In this document: one piece after another, positions 8,401 through 17,901 of the stretch
Layout: each line of letters starts with the position of its first letter
Position numbering within the stretch: position 1 is the first letter of the stretch
NCBI GenBank assembly: GCA_963797095.1
Contig: CAWCNY010000007.1
Span: 64,001-128,000 of the forward strand
Direction of reading: 5' to 3'
Source of the DNA: an uncultured Chloroflexia bacterium
GTDB lineage: Bacteria; Chloroflexota; Chloroflexia; QHBQ01; JADMIH01
DNA: 64,000 nt
Notes under the pieces: model-generated
Databases searched by the model: none
Told to the model about the DNA's origin: nothing
The model's input: only the letters and a program-made list of their open reading frames with translations
Program-made: the position numbers and the translations under genes

Positions 8401-10392
8401 ATGAGCATTTCAGAGGTAGCAGCACCCGCCGTTGAGAGGGCATACCCGGAGCAATCAAGGGCAGTACGCTATCTTCCTACGATCCTCATTGTGGCGACGC
8501 TGGCGCTGCTGGTGCCGAGGCTGCTGACCTTCGGGCAGGTTACTACAACATTTCTGGCGTGGCCGTGGCAGTTCGATTTTACCGAGGGCGTAAACCTCAG
8601 CGCCACCATGCAACTGGCGAACGGGCACAATATTTACGCGCATAACGGCCCCGATGCGTTTGTGTCGGCACCATACACGCCCTTCTTTTTCATGCTGACC
8701 GCGCCCATCAGCCTGCTGGCCGGGCCCACTCTGTGGGTCGGGCGCGCCATATCGCTGGCGGCGACCTTGATCGTGGCTTTGCTGCCGGTGTACGCGGTGC
8801 GGCGGGCCACTCGCAGTTGGCTGGCAGGAGCATTGGCAGCGGCGCTCTGGTTGTCGTTGTCGCCCGTGATCGTGTGGGCCGCCCTCTACACCCAGCATAT
8901 CCTGGCGCTCATGTTCGGGCTGGCCGGACTGGTGTGGGCGATGCGCTACCCGGGGGGGAAGCGGCTATATGTGGCTGCGGTGTGGCTGGCGCTGGCCTTT
9001 TACACAAAGCAGTCGGCGGTTGACGCGGCGGGAGCAGTGGTAGTATGGCTGCTATTGCTCGATTGGCGGCGGGGATTGCGGTTCGGGGCGGCGCTTGCGC
9101 TGGTGGTGGGGTTGCCGTTCGCGAGCGCTAATCTACTGTTGAAAGGGGGGCTGTGGGAGCATGCGTTCGGGAACCAGGCGCTACCCTGGAACGAGCGACG
9201 CTTCTGGAGGCTACTCAACCGGCTGTGGGGAGAGTACTGGCCGGTGCTCGGCCTGGGAGTTGGGTGCGCTGCCGGGGCTGTGGCCGCGAAGATGCCAGCG
9301 CTGCGCAGGTTGGGCCTGCCGCGAATGAGCAAGGAGTGGGGGCTGGCTGCGCTCTACTTCGTGTTCGCGCAGGCGTCCGTGCTGGTGCGCCTGGGGCGCG
9401 ATGGGGTCAATTACAACCACATGATAGACGCGCTACTGCCCGCGTGTCTGCTCGTTGGGTTGTCAACGGGTTATGTGATGGGAAGGGTCAACGCCGGCGC
9501 CAGAAGGGGGAGTGGCATGCGGAGCACGGCAACACTGGTCGCCCTGAGCGCGCTGGTGGTGGCCCAAACCTCGATCCTGGCCGACCCGCACACCTGGTAT
9601 CTCGGCGGCTGGCCCAGCGAGGAGTTGGATGGGCAGATGCGTTCGCTTTCAAAGCTGGTGGCGGATACGCCGGGCGATATCTACTCGGAAGATGTCTATC
9701 TGGCGCTGAGCAACGGGCGACCTGTCATCTACGATGATGCTTTCATGTTCGTAAGCCTGGCGAACCAGGGCAAATGGGACGAGAGCGTGTTCGACAGATC
9801 GCTGAGAGACCGCCGTTTCAGCCTGATATTGCTCCAGGCGGATAGCGAACGATGGACCGAGGCCGGGAGGAAGGCGTTCACTGAGAACTACGACCTGAAG
9901 TTCAGCGACCTGGTAAGCACCTACACCCCGAAAGTAACACCGGTTACCCCGCAGTATGATATGCAGTGCGCTTTTGCGGGCGGTGGCGACGAGGTTGAGT
10001 TGAAGGGGTACAGCCTGCCACCCGGCGCGGCCTGGGACGGCAGCAAGCCGGGCGAGGTTCTGCGCGTGACGCTTTACTGGCAGACCAACCGCACGCTTAG
10101 CCGGAGCTATGCTACTTATGTGCATATGTTGAGCGAGGAAAACGAAGCGATAGTATCGGTGGACAATCCGCAAACGGGCGCGGGTAAACCGACAACTGAG
10201 TGGCAGGCCGGGGCGTTGATCACCGACACGGTTTCGCTGCCATTAGGGAAGGATGTTGCCGCCGGGCGCTATCGCCTGATAGCGGGGATGTATGGCACGA
10301 ACGGGACCTCTATTACCGCGTTGACACCCGTATGCGGCCAGGGCAATGTATTCGGGGATGGGGTGTCGCTGGGGTTTGTCGAGGTGAAGTAA
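8401..10392 (+). CDS. GT-C fold (PMT/ArnT-like) membrane glycosyltransferase with extracellular C-terminal domain
   Basis: DFTEG acidic loop, PYTP, FYTKQS, many TMs; C-terminal LYWQ...YVH...W.AG...GRYRLIAGMY domain. Confidence 0.7.
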   Translation: MSISEVAAPAVERAYPEQSRAVRYLPTILIVATLALLVPRLLTFGQVTTTFLAWPWQFDFTEGVNLSATMQLANGHNIYAHNGPDAFVSAPYTPFFFMLTAPISLLAGPTLWVGRAISLAATLIVALLPVYAVRRATRSWLAGALAAALWLSLSPVIVWAALYTQHILALMFGLAGLVWAMRYPGGKRLYVAAVWLALAFYTKQSAVDAAGAVVVWLLLLDWRRGLRFGAALALVVGLPFASANLLLKGGLWEHAFGNQALPWNERRFWRLLNRLWGEYWPVLGLGVGCAAGAVAAKMPALRRLGLPRMSKEWGLAALYFVFAQASVLVRLGRDGVNYNHMIDALLPACLLVGLSTGYVMGRVNAGARRGSGMRSTATLVALSALVVAQTSILADPHTWYLGGWPSEELDGQMRSLSKLVADTPGDIYSEDVYLALSNGRPVIYDDAFMFVSLANQGKWDESVFDRSLRDRRFSLILLQADSERWTEAGRKAFTENYDLKFSDLVSTYTPKVTPVTPQYDMQCAFAGGGDEVELKGYSLPPGAAWDGSKPGEVLRVTLYWQTNRTLSRSYATYVHMLSEENEAIVSVDNPQTGAGKPTTEWQAGALITDTVSLPLGKDVAAGRYRLIAGMYGTNGTSITALTPVCGQGNVFGDGVSLGFVEVK

Positions 10393-10615
10393 GGCCTGTG
10401 TGAGCCATTCAGTCCGCTTCTTTGGTTTGCTGTGGAAAAGCGCAACTGATGGCGGCGGGCACTCCCTATATGGTAAAATATGAGGAGTAAAACCTGCACA
10501 AACGTTCGCAATTAGGGAACCTGGGGCCGGAAACAGAGATCAGTTCCTGAAGAACTGATCCGTAATCTTGGTCCTTGATCCCTGTCCAATCAAGCAAGGA
10601 GTCGCACTATTCCCC

Positions 10616-11110
10616 ATGTATGTCATGCGCTTTACTATTATCGACCCAACCGGAACAGTTAGCTTTGTCGCACCATGCAACGCATTGAAAGCCCTGGTGG
10701 CGGCTTGCAGCAAATACCCTACCGACCTGGAGTCGCTGCTGGTGGCCTCATCACGATATGACACCGATCTCAAAGACTATGTGCTGAACGGCCTGGCCGT
10801 ATTCGACGAGCAAAATACGGAAGGACGCTACGAGCAGATACATAGCGCCATCGATTACGCTGAGGAACAGCGCGCCCAGCACAACATCCCGGTATTCCGC
10901 GTGGTTGACGAGGCCACGCGCGAGGCCAGTCTACAGCCTGTAAAGGCAGGGCTTGTGCTGTTCAATTTGAAGGAGCGCAGGATCATACAGGTGCACAATA
11001 CGTATGATAATGTGCGCCGCCAGGACCGGGGCCGCATCCACAAGGGCGGCGAGCCGACCAAGCAGATCTACCACTACAGTTTACCTCCGGACTGGCAGAT
11101 CGTCCCTTAG
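10616..11110 (+). CDS. Hypothetical protein
   Basis: Protein-like ORF with AAGGAG upstream; start may be 10616 or 10625. Confidence 0.75.
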   Translation: MYVMRFTIIDPTGTVSFVAPCNALKALVAACSKYPTDLESLLVASSRYDTDLKDYVLNGLAVFDEQNTEGRYEQIHSAIDYAEEQRAQHNIPVFRVVDEATREASLQPVKAGLVLFNLKERRIIQVHNTYDNVRRQDRGRIHKGGEPTKQIYHYSLPPDWQIVP

Positions 11111-11171
11111 CGAAACCGCAGCCGGACCGGGGCCGGACCGCAGGCGGAGGGGCACACAGGGAGGTGGAGGG

Positions 11172-11642
11172 ATGGACAGCATGAACGGTGACGATAGCGT
11201 CCCGACATTGGACAGGGACCTGCCATCGATGCCTCCCCCATTGGGAGGAAACTATCGAGAGAGTGGGTACGCCTCTACACTGGACGAAGCACGGCCTTTC
11301 GGGGTGTCGTTGATAGTGACGGTAATCGTGCTGGCAACCATTGTCAACGCATTCTTCGCACTGAACGCCTGGATACGCGCCCAGGAGCTTGACGAGACAC
11401 CTGCCCTCGCCTTCGCATTGATTATTGAAGTGATAGTGAGCATGGGGGTAGCCGTGGGGCTGTGGCGATTGAATGAGTGGGGGCGTGTAACCGCCATTGC
11501 CCTCTATGTCATCTCGTTCGGCATCAGGTTCTTCACAGGCTTCAACGAGACGCTGACCACGGGCGCGCTGGTGGGGCTGGTGGTTCCCCTGGCGATTGTT
11601 ATCTACCTGATTCAGCCTAATGTAAGAGACAGATTTATTTGA
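11172..11642 (+). CDS. Four-TM membrane protein
   Basis: GGAGG RBS; RPFGVSLI, GLWRLNEWGR, YLIQPNVRDRF pattern. Confidence 0.75.
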   Translation: MDSMNGDDSVPTLDRDLPSMPPPLGGNYRESGYASTLDEARPFGVSLIVTVIVLATIVNAFFALNAWIRAQELDETPALAFALIIEVIVSMGVAVGLWRLNEWGRVTAIALYVISFGIRFFTGFNETLTTGALVGLVVPLAIVIYLIQPNVRDRFI

Positions 11643-11652
11643 GCGTAAAGAG

Positions 11653-14262
11653 ATGATCCCAATCAGACTTTCCCTTCGGAACTTCATGTGCTACCGTGAC
11701 AACACGGAGATACTCGACCTCACGGGTGTACACCTGGCGTGCTTGTCTGGCGAGAACGGGGCGGGCAAGTCGGCCCTGTTGGAGGCGATAACGTGGTCCT
11801 TGTGGGGCAAAGCTCGCGAGCGCTCAATCGACGACGAGCTAATCAGCAAAGGCGCGACCGAGATGGAAGTCGACTTCGAGTTCGTCCTGAGCGGCGATGC
11901 CTACCGCGTGATACGCAAGAGGTCCCAGAAGGGCAAAACGGGCACCACTATACTCCACATCGAGGTGTCGGACGACCCGGAGTCGGGGCACTGGCGCACC
12001 CTGAGCGGGGCCACTATAAGGGAGAGCCAGGCAAGGATCAACAACCTCCTCAAGCTCGACTACGAGACATTCACCAACTCGGCCTTCATCATGCAGGGGC
12101 GGGCCGACCAGTTCACCGTCAAAAGCCCGGCCGACCGCAAGAAGGTGCTGGCCGATATCCTGGGCCTTGAGCAGTACGACAGGCTTGAGGGAGAGGCCAG
12201 AGAGGAAGCGCGGCAGCGCGCGTCCAGGATGCAGGAGCTAAAAGCCTCCATCGAGCGAATAGATCGCGAGCTGGCCCACCGGGATGAATATGAAACGCGC
12301 CTTGGCGAAGTAGAGGACGACCTGGCGTTGAAGCAGGCGGAGTTGACCGAGCGCAGGATTGAACTGGAGCAGATCAGGGCACACGAGCAGAGGTTAGAGC
12401 ACACAAACGAGCGCTTGATCGAGATCGCCAAACGGTTGGAGAGGCGCCAGCGCACGATGGACGGGCTGAACACGAGCATCGGGAGGCATGACGAGCGACG
12501 CAAAGCACTGGAGGCGTTGGTAGCCCGGCGCGGCGAGATCGAGACCGGGTGGGCCGACCTGCAAGAGCTGCAAACACGCGATGAACGCCTGAACGATGTG
12601 CGCAACAGCCTGGACGGGCTGATTATCGAGCGTACCAGGCTCGACGGCGTGTTGAACGAAGAGAAGATAAGGCTCGATTCGCAGGTGAGGCGGTACGAGG
12701 ATAACATCCGCAAGTACACGCAGAACCTGGCCGGGCGCGGTGTGCTTGAGCAACAACTGGCCGAGGTGCTTGATAAGCTGAACAGGCTGGCGCTGGTGCA
12801 ACAGCAGCACGAAGACACGCGATGCGAGAAAGAAGCGGAGGAGGTGAAGTTGCGCACTCTCACTGCAGAGCGCAATAACCTGGAGCGGGAAGGCAAGCAT
12901 ATTCGGCAGAAACTGGACCTGCTGGTAGAAGCGCACGCACAGGCCGGGGACCACGTTGGGTGTCCCTTGTGTGGGACCGGGCTGACCGAGGATGCGCTGC
13001 GAAGGGTGCGCGAGTCTTATGAGCGCGAGATCGAGGAGAAGAGGCGCGAGTTCAAGGAGAAAGACCGCGAGATCGAAGAGGTAAAGGCGGCGATCATCGC
13101 GATAGAGAAGCGGCTGGCGAGAGAGCAGGAGGAATTGAAGCCGCTGGAAATGCAAAGGCGGCGCGAGGCCGAACTGCGCAGCAAGCAGGCCGGCCTGGAT
13201 AGGGATGAGCAGGACCTGGTGCAAGACGAGTCGGCGCTTGTGGTCCTCCGAACGCGCCTGACCGATGCCGATTACGGCCATGATACCCGCAAAGAATTAA
13301 CCACTGTGAAGGCAAGGATAGGCAGGCTTGAATACGATTCGCAGGACCACACTGAGGTGAAACGACGGCTTGCGGAGTTGCGAGCAGTCGGCTACGACAG
13401 CCAGTATCACAGCCTCCAGAGCGCGGACCGCGACCTGCCGGGCGTGCAACAGGCTATGGAGGAGGACAACCAGGAACTCAATCGCCTCCGGGCCGAGCAG
13501 GAAGGCGACCGGGCAGAGAAGTTGGCGCTGACGCCGCAGGCAGCTGAGCTGGAGGAAGTACGCGTTCAAAGGTTGGCAAAGGAGCCGGAGGCGAAAGCCC
13601 TGGATAGCGTGGTGACGCAATTACTGGACGAGCGCGGGCAGTTGAAGAACAGGATCGCCTATTGCGACAGCCTGCAGGAAGAGAAGCAAGCGCACATGGC
13701 CGAGTTCAATACATCGTCCGAGGAGAAGGGAATATTCGATGAGTTGACATCGGCCTTCGGCAAGAAGGGTATCCAGGCGATGATCATCGAGAACGTGATC
13801 CCCGAGGTGGAGGAAGAGGCGAACAACATCCTCGAAAAGATGACCGATGGCAGGATGAGCGTGCAGTTCAGGACGCAGCGAGACGCCAAGACCGGCAAGG
13901 GGAACGTGATCGAGACCCTCGACATCGAGATCGCCGACGAAGTGGGCACGCGCTCCTACGAGATGTACAGCGGAGGCGAGGCGTTCAGGGTGAACTTCGC
14001 GGTGAGGATCGCATTGAGCAAATTGCTGGCGCGCAGGGCAGGCACTCAGCTACAAACCCTGGTGATAGACGAGGGTTTCGGGAGCCAGGACGGGCAAGGG
14101 CGCGAAAAACTGGTGGGCGCGATCCGCTCGATACAGGACGACTTCGAGAAGATCCTGGTGATCACGCACATAGAGGAATTGAAAGACGAATTCCCCACGC
14201 GGATCAATATCGTCAAGACGGGCACGGGCTCCCGCATCATCATGGAGGATGCAGCCGCTTAG
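11653..14262 (+). CDS. sbcC: SbcC/Rad50-like SMC family ATPase
   Basis: Walker A GENGAGKS, Q-loop, coiled coils, zinc hook CPLC, signature YSGGE, Walker B LVIDEGFG, ITH. Confidence 0.9.
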   Translation: MIPIRLSLRNFMCYRDNTEILDLTGVHLACLSGENGAGKSALLEAITWSLWGKARERSIDDELISKGATEMEVDFEFVLSGDAYRVIRKRSQKGKTGTTILHIEVSDDPESGHWRTLSGATIRESQARINNLLKLDYETFTNSAFIMQGRADQFTVKSPADRKKVLADILGLEQYDRLEGEAREEARQRASRMQELKASIERIDRELAHRDEYETRLGEVEDDLALKQAELTERRIELEQIRAHEQRLEHTNERLIEIAKRLERRQRTMDGLNTSIGRHDERRKALEALVARRGEIETGWADLQELQTRDERLNDVRNSLDGLIIERTRLDGVLNEEKIRLDSQVRRYEDNIRKYTQNLAGRGVLEQQLAEVLDKLNRLALVQQQHEDTRCEKEAEEVKLRTLTAERNNLEREGKHIRQKLDLLVEAHAQAGDHVGCPLCGTGLTEDALRRVRESYEREIEEKRREFKEKDREIEEVKAAIIAIEKRLAREQEELKPLEMQRRREAELRSKQAGLDRDEQDLVQDESALVVLRTRLTDADYGHDTRKELTTVKARIGRLEYDSQDHTEVKRRLAELRAVGYDSQYHSLQSADRDLPGVQQAMEEDNQELNRLRAEQEGDRAEKLALTPQAAELEEVRVQRLAKEPEAKALDSVVTQLLDERGQLKNRIAYCDSLQEEKQAHMAEFNTSSEEKGIFDELTSAFGKKGIQAMIIENVIPEVEEEANNILEKMTDGRMSVQFRTQRDAKTGKGNVIETLDIEIADEVGTRSYEMYSGGEAFRVNFAVRIALSKLLARRAGTQLQTLVIDEGFGSQDGQGREKLVGAIRSIQDDFEKILVITHIEELKDEFPTRINIVKTGTGSRIIMEDAAA

Positions 14263-14285
14263 CGATTGTAGCGCGTCAGAGAGGA

Positions 14286-14432
14286 CTAGAATTCGGCAAT
14301 AGCCGGAATAACCTCACGCCCCATGACCTCTACAGGCGTGATCTTCTCCATCCCTTCAACACGACCGAACACAGTCTGGATCCCTATATCCGCAAGCCCG
14401 CGCAGTTGCTCGATCAGTGCACCTGCTTTGCT
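14286..14432 (-). pseudogene. C-terminal remnant resembling an LLM-class (F420-dependent) oxidoreductase
   Basis: Manual translation SKAGALIEQLRGLADIGIQTVFGRVEGMEKITPVEVMGREVIPAIAEF*; no in-frame ATG upstream of this segment before the preceding stop. Confidence 0.55.
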
Positions 14433-14500
14433 TTGGGGTCTCGGCGGCTCGCGCCATATCGGCCGGAATAGAACCGTAACGGTCGGGACTAGCCGACCAG

Positions 14501-14725
14501 TTATATTGATTTATGTGGAATCCCAGTTTCATGACGGTCTATGCGGTGGGAATCGGCCCTTGCAGCGTGGCTGCTATTCCTGAGCCGGTCCTGGTGAACC
14601 TCTTTGAGATAGTATAGATGGGAGCGGGTGGGCGCGGCAGAGGTCCATCTACCCGGTTGCCTATCGCCGTGGGAAGATGGCGGCTGCGCTTCCGTGCGCA
14701 GTTTTGACAGCAAGTCATAGGCCAA
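14501..14725 (-). CDS. Possible small protein or remnant downstream of usp
   Basis: Strong SD GAAAGGAGG 7 nt before TTG; no family recognised. Confidence 0.3.
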   Translation of the reverse strand: MAYDLLSKLRTEAQPPSSHGDRQPGRWTSAAPTRSHLYYLKEVHQDRLRNSSHAARADSHRIDRHETGIPHKSI

Positions 14726-14745
14726 TGGCCGGCCTCCTTTCGTAT

Positions 14746-15303
14746 CTACAAGCCTTGCTTTGCCTCTGCGTCTGCATTTGCGTCCGTATCGGTGGCAGGT
14801 GTAGAAGGGGCCTCCTGCTCTGCATTATCGCTGACGCGGATCAGGAGGAGAGGGCAGGGGGCGTGCCTGAGCACCTCGTCTGCCACGCTGCCCATGATCA
14901 GGCGGCCGAGCCCACCCCGGCCATGAGTGGTCATGGCGATCAGGTCTATGCCCTGAGATCGTGCGTGCTCCAAGATTGCGCCGGCGGCGGGGCCTTCCGG
15001 CTCCGCTGTGCCAACTTTCAGCCCTTGCGCTGTAAGACTCTCGGCGACCTTCTGCAAATAGCCGAGGGCCGCGCCACGCTCGGCCTCGGTTAGCTCATTG
15101 GGGTCAAGGGAAGCCTGGTAAGGAAAAACAGGCTGGCCCATTATGGGCGTGGTGGTGGTAGCCATAGCGAACGCTTCGGGCGATGTGATCGCCTGCAAGA
15201 GCGTCACGCTTGAGCCGAACTTCTCGGCCAGGGTCTCAACGTAGGGTAGAACCCCCTCTGCCAGCTCTGACCCATCCAGGGCCACAAGAATGTGATTGTA
15301 CAT
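14746..15303 (-). CDS. Universal stress protein
   Basis: ILVALDGSELAE, DLIAMTTHGRGGLGRLIMGSVADEVLRHAPCPLL. Confidence 0.95.
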   Translation of the reverse strand: MYNHILVALDGSELAEGVLPYVETLAEKFGSSVTLLQAITSPEAFAMATTTTPIMGQPVFPYQASLDPNELTEAERGAALGYLQKVAESLTAQGLKVGTAEPEGPAAGAILEHARSQGIDLIAMTTHGRGGLGRLIMGSVADEVLRHAPCPLLLIRVSDNAEQEAPSTPATDTDANADAEAKQGL

Positions 15304-15451
15304 ATGGTATATCTCGCTATCTTAGGCTCAGCCTGCTTCGGCCCGGCGCAACCCCGGTAGTAGAGCACAGGCCCTACAAGAGAACAAACAACGCTATCTT
15401 CCACAATGATATTACAAGATACATTTGAATGAAGCAATCAAAAGTAGTCTA

Positions 15452-15919
15452 TCAGGTGCTGGTGCTTCGCTCGGTAGTGGTAGAGCGACTGGTCGCCGTG
15501 AGATCGCGAGGCTTTCGCAGAAGACCAACACCGAGAGTAACGAGACCGGCGGCAAGGATCACAGCGCCGACGTACGCCAGGTAGATGAGAGCATTAGGAG
15601 TAGTATCGGTGGGCGAAGGCATCGATAAGAAGTAGGCTACCGGCAGGAGGATCGCTGCCACAGGGGTCGTATGACGGACCAATACCTTCACGCTGTCCGG
15701 TAGTTCGGCTTCATCAACGTATCGCAGGATTACCAGAGACAAGACAAGCAAGACACCTGCATGCGCATGGCCGGCGCGCCAGAAGTCTTCTCGTACCGGG
15801 TTCTGGATGTAGCCCGACTGAGCGTCAAGCAGAAAGCCAAGCAGGCTTACTCCCCCATAGATTACCGCAGGGAAGACCACCAAGAGGATACCCGCCAGTT
15901 TGCGTGATTCGTTGCTCAT
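15452..15919 (-). CDS. Membrane protein with AGHAHAG motif
   Basis: Four TMs, FWRAGHAHAGVLL; GAGG RBS. Confidence 0.8.
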   Translation of the reverse strand: MSNESRKLAGILLVVFPAVIYGGVSLLGFLLDAQSGYIQNPVREDFWRAGHAHAGVLLVLSLVILRYVDEAELPDSVKVLVRHTTPVAAILLPVAYFLSMPSPTDTTPNALIYLAYVGAVILAAGLVTLGVGLLRKPRDLTATSRSTTTERSTST

Positions 15920-16080
15920 TCTTTTACCTCGCTTCAGCTAACAGAGCTATCAATGGTGCGGCAAATAATAACACAGCACACTCTGTACCATCGCTGCCGG
16001 AGGTGGAGAAGTGGAAAAGGAGATATGCAGGCGTATTGTCTGGTAGATTACCTGCACGATGCATATCCGGCGAGGGCAAC

Positions 16081-16662
16081 ATGCAGAATAGCATTCTGGA
16101 CAACAAGCGGCAAATCGCGGGAGCAACTCTGTCCGAATTGGCAGGCATAGGCGCGATCTCGCTCCTTTTCTACTACTTGAACATCACCGGTGCTCCCAGG
16201 ATCTCGGATGTGTGGGCTATTGACCGGGTGGTAGTATATCTGTTGTTATTCGTGGGTCCGTTTCTCATGTTCCTGCCCGTCAGCCTGGCTTTGCGGCTGG
16301 GGCCTCTGCCCCTGGTGGGTGCGGCTTCGTGGGCGGCGTTGGGCTACATACTCATTTTCGTAGACGCACCTGGGCGAGATTCGGCCAGCTTCTTTGATTA
16401 CATGCTCTTTCTTGGGGCGCTCTTTTTCGCTCTCGGAACGCTGCTCGCCGTGCCGGCCGGGATAGTAAGCAGGCGTCTGCTACCGCCCGCGCAGTCGGCC
16501 ACCTCAGAAACTGCACGAGCCTTCCGGCAAGGAGCACTGGTAGCGGGATCGATAGTCGCCATCATGGCGATGTCGCCGTTGGGGGTGCTCAACTGGCTAA
16601 ACGCCTGCCTGGTACTCATTATCGCCGCGCTTACAGAGTTCTTTTTCCTGGCGAGAAGCTGA
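16081..16662 (+). CDS. Hypothetical membrane protein
   Basis: GAGGG RBS, about 6 TMs, ARAFRQGAL...TEFFFLAR C-terminus. Confidence 0.75.
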   Translation: MQNSILDNKRQIAGATLSELAGIGAISLLFYYLNITGAPRISDVWAIDRVVVYLLLFVGPFLMFLPVSLALRLGPLPLVGAASWAALGYILIFVDAPGRDSASFFDYMLFLGALFFALGTLLAVPAGIVSRRLLPPAQSATSETARAFRQGALVAGSIVAIMAMSPLGVLNWLNACLVLIIAALTEFFFLARS

Positions 16663-16670
16663 CTATTCTT

Positions 16671-16763
16671 AGTTCCAAGTTGCCCGTTGCTGGTTCCTGG
16701 TTGCGGCTGTGGTCCGGCTACTGGCGACAAGGAACCAAGGAACTTGGAACCGGCAACTTGGAA
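16671..16763. repeat. Degenerate heptamer inverted repeat (GTTCCAA/GGTTCCT ... GGAACCA/GGAACTT)
   Basis: agttccaagttgcc ... ggcaacttggaac arms. Confidence 0.75.
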
Positions 16764-16810
16764 CAATCGCCCACTGAACCAAAGTTAGCACCAGCGAGTA
16801 TAATGAGTAT

Positions 16811-17815
16811 ATGAGCAAGATCACGATAATTGGACTCGGCCTTACGGGCAATTCGATAGGATTGGGGCTCAAACAGGCCACGCGGGGCGGCGCGAAGATC
16901 ACCGGCTTCGACCCGGATCAGACGCGCGAGCAGTACGCTTTGCGCAGATATGCAAGCGTGGACGAGATCGCGCCCGATCTGGAGCGAGCGGTCAGGGACG
17001 CCGGGCTGGTAATCGTTTGCACGCCTATATCGGCGGCGTACGAAGTGTTCGAGGCCATGAGTCCTTTCCTGGACGCCAACGCCACCGTCACCGACACCAT
17101 GCCCCTGAAAGAGCCTGTGCTCAAGATGGCGGGCGAGGCGTTCGGTACAGGTAAGAGCTTCGTTGGCGGCCACCCGTTCTCGCTGACAGTTGACCTGGAC
17201 GTGGCAGGTGATGAAACCCCGCCATCTGCGGACCTCTTCGCGAACGCGCCCTGGTGCATCATGCCGGCGCCCGGCGCGACCAACAGCGCGCTCAATGCCG
17301 TGATCAACCTGGCCGAGACGCTGGGGGCCAAGCCCCTCTTTATCGACCCTGTGGAGCACGACTCGTTCCTGGCTGCTGTGAGTCACCTGCCGGTGGCTGT
17401 CAGCACCGCGTTCCTGAAAGCGGTGGCGGGAAGCCCGGCCTGGACCGATATGAGCGCGCTGGCGCACGGCAGGTTCAGGGGCGTGAGCGAAGGAGTGGCT
17501 TACGATCCACAGGTGCTGGCCGACACCCTGTCGCAGAATCGCGCGCCGCTCCTCAGGTGGATCGATGGCTACATGGAAGCGCTGTACGACGTGCGCCAAC
17601 TCCTTGCAAGCGGGGATGTGGAGGCGCTGGTGGAAGCCCTCACAGATGCCAGCGGCTCGCGGCGCGCATGGGCCGACCCTGGCGAAGCGGACGCCGAGGA
17701 CGCAAGGTTGCGCACGGAACTTCGACAGGCGATCCAGGATAGCAGGCCAACCCAGGCTCTCATGGGCACATACCTTACGGAGAAGCTTTTCCGGCGCAAA
17801 GAGCGAGGCCAATAG
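16811..17815 (+). CDS. tyrA: Prephenate/arogenate dehydrogenase
   Basis: IIGLGLTGNSIG Rossmann motif, FVGGHP, EHDSFLAAVSHLP. Confidence 0.85.
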   Translation: MSKITIIGLGLTGNSIGLGLKQATRGGAKITGFDPDQTREQYALRRYASVDEIAPDLERAVRDAGLVIVCTPISAAYEVFEAMSPFLDANATVTDTMPLKEPVLKMAGEAFGTGKSFVGGHPFSLTVDLDVAGDETPPSADLFANAPWCIMPAPGATNSALNAVINLAETLGAKPLFIDPVEHDSFLAAVSHLPVAVSTAFLKAVAGSPAWTDMSALAHGRFRGVSEGVAYDPQVLADTLSQNRAPLLRWIDGYMEALYDVRQLLASGDVEALVEALTDASGSRRAWADPGEADAEDARLRTELRQAIQDSRPTQALMGTYLTEKLFRRKERGQ

Positions 17816-17901
17816 CAGGCGCATATATATGCGGAGTGAAGTCGAGTCGGGTGGCTCGGCTTTTCTTGTGCCCGTAAGCCAAAAGCCATATTATAGGCTT
17901 A

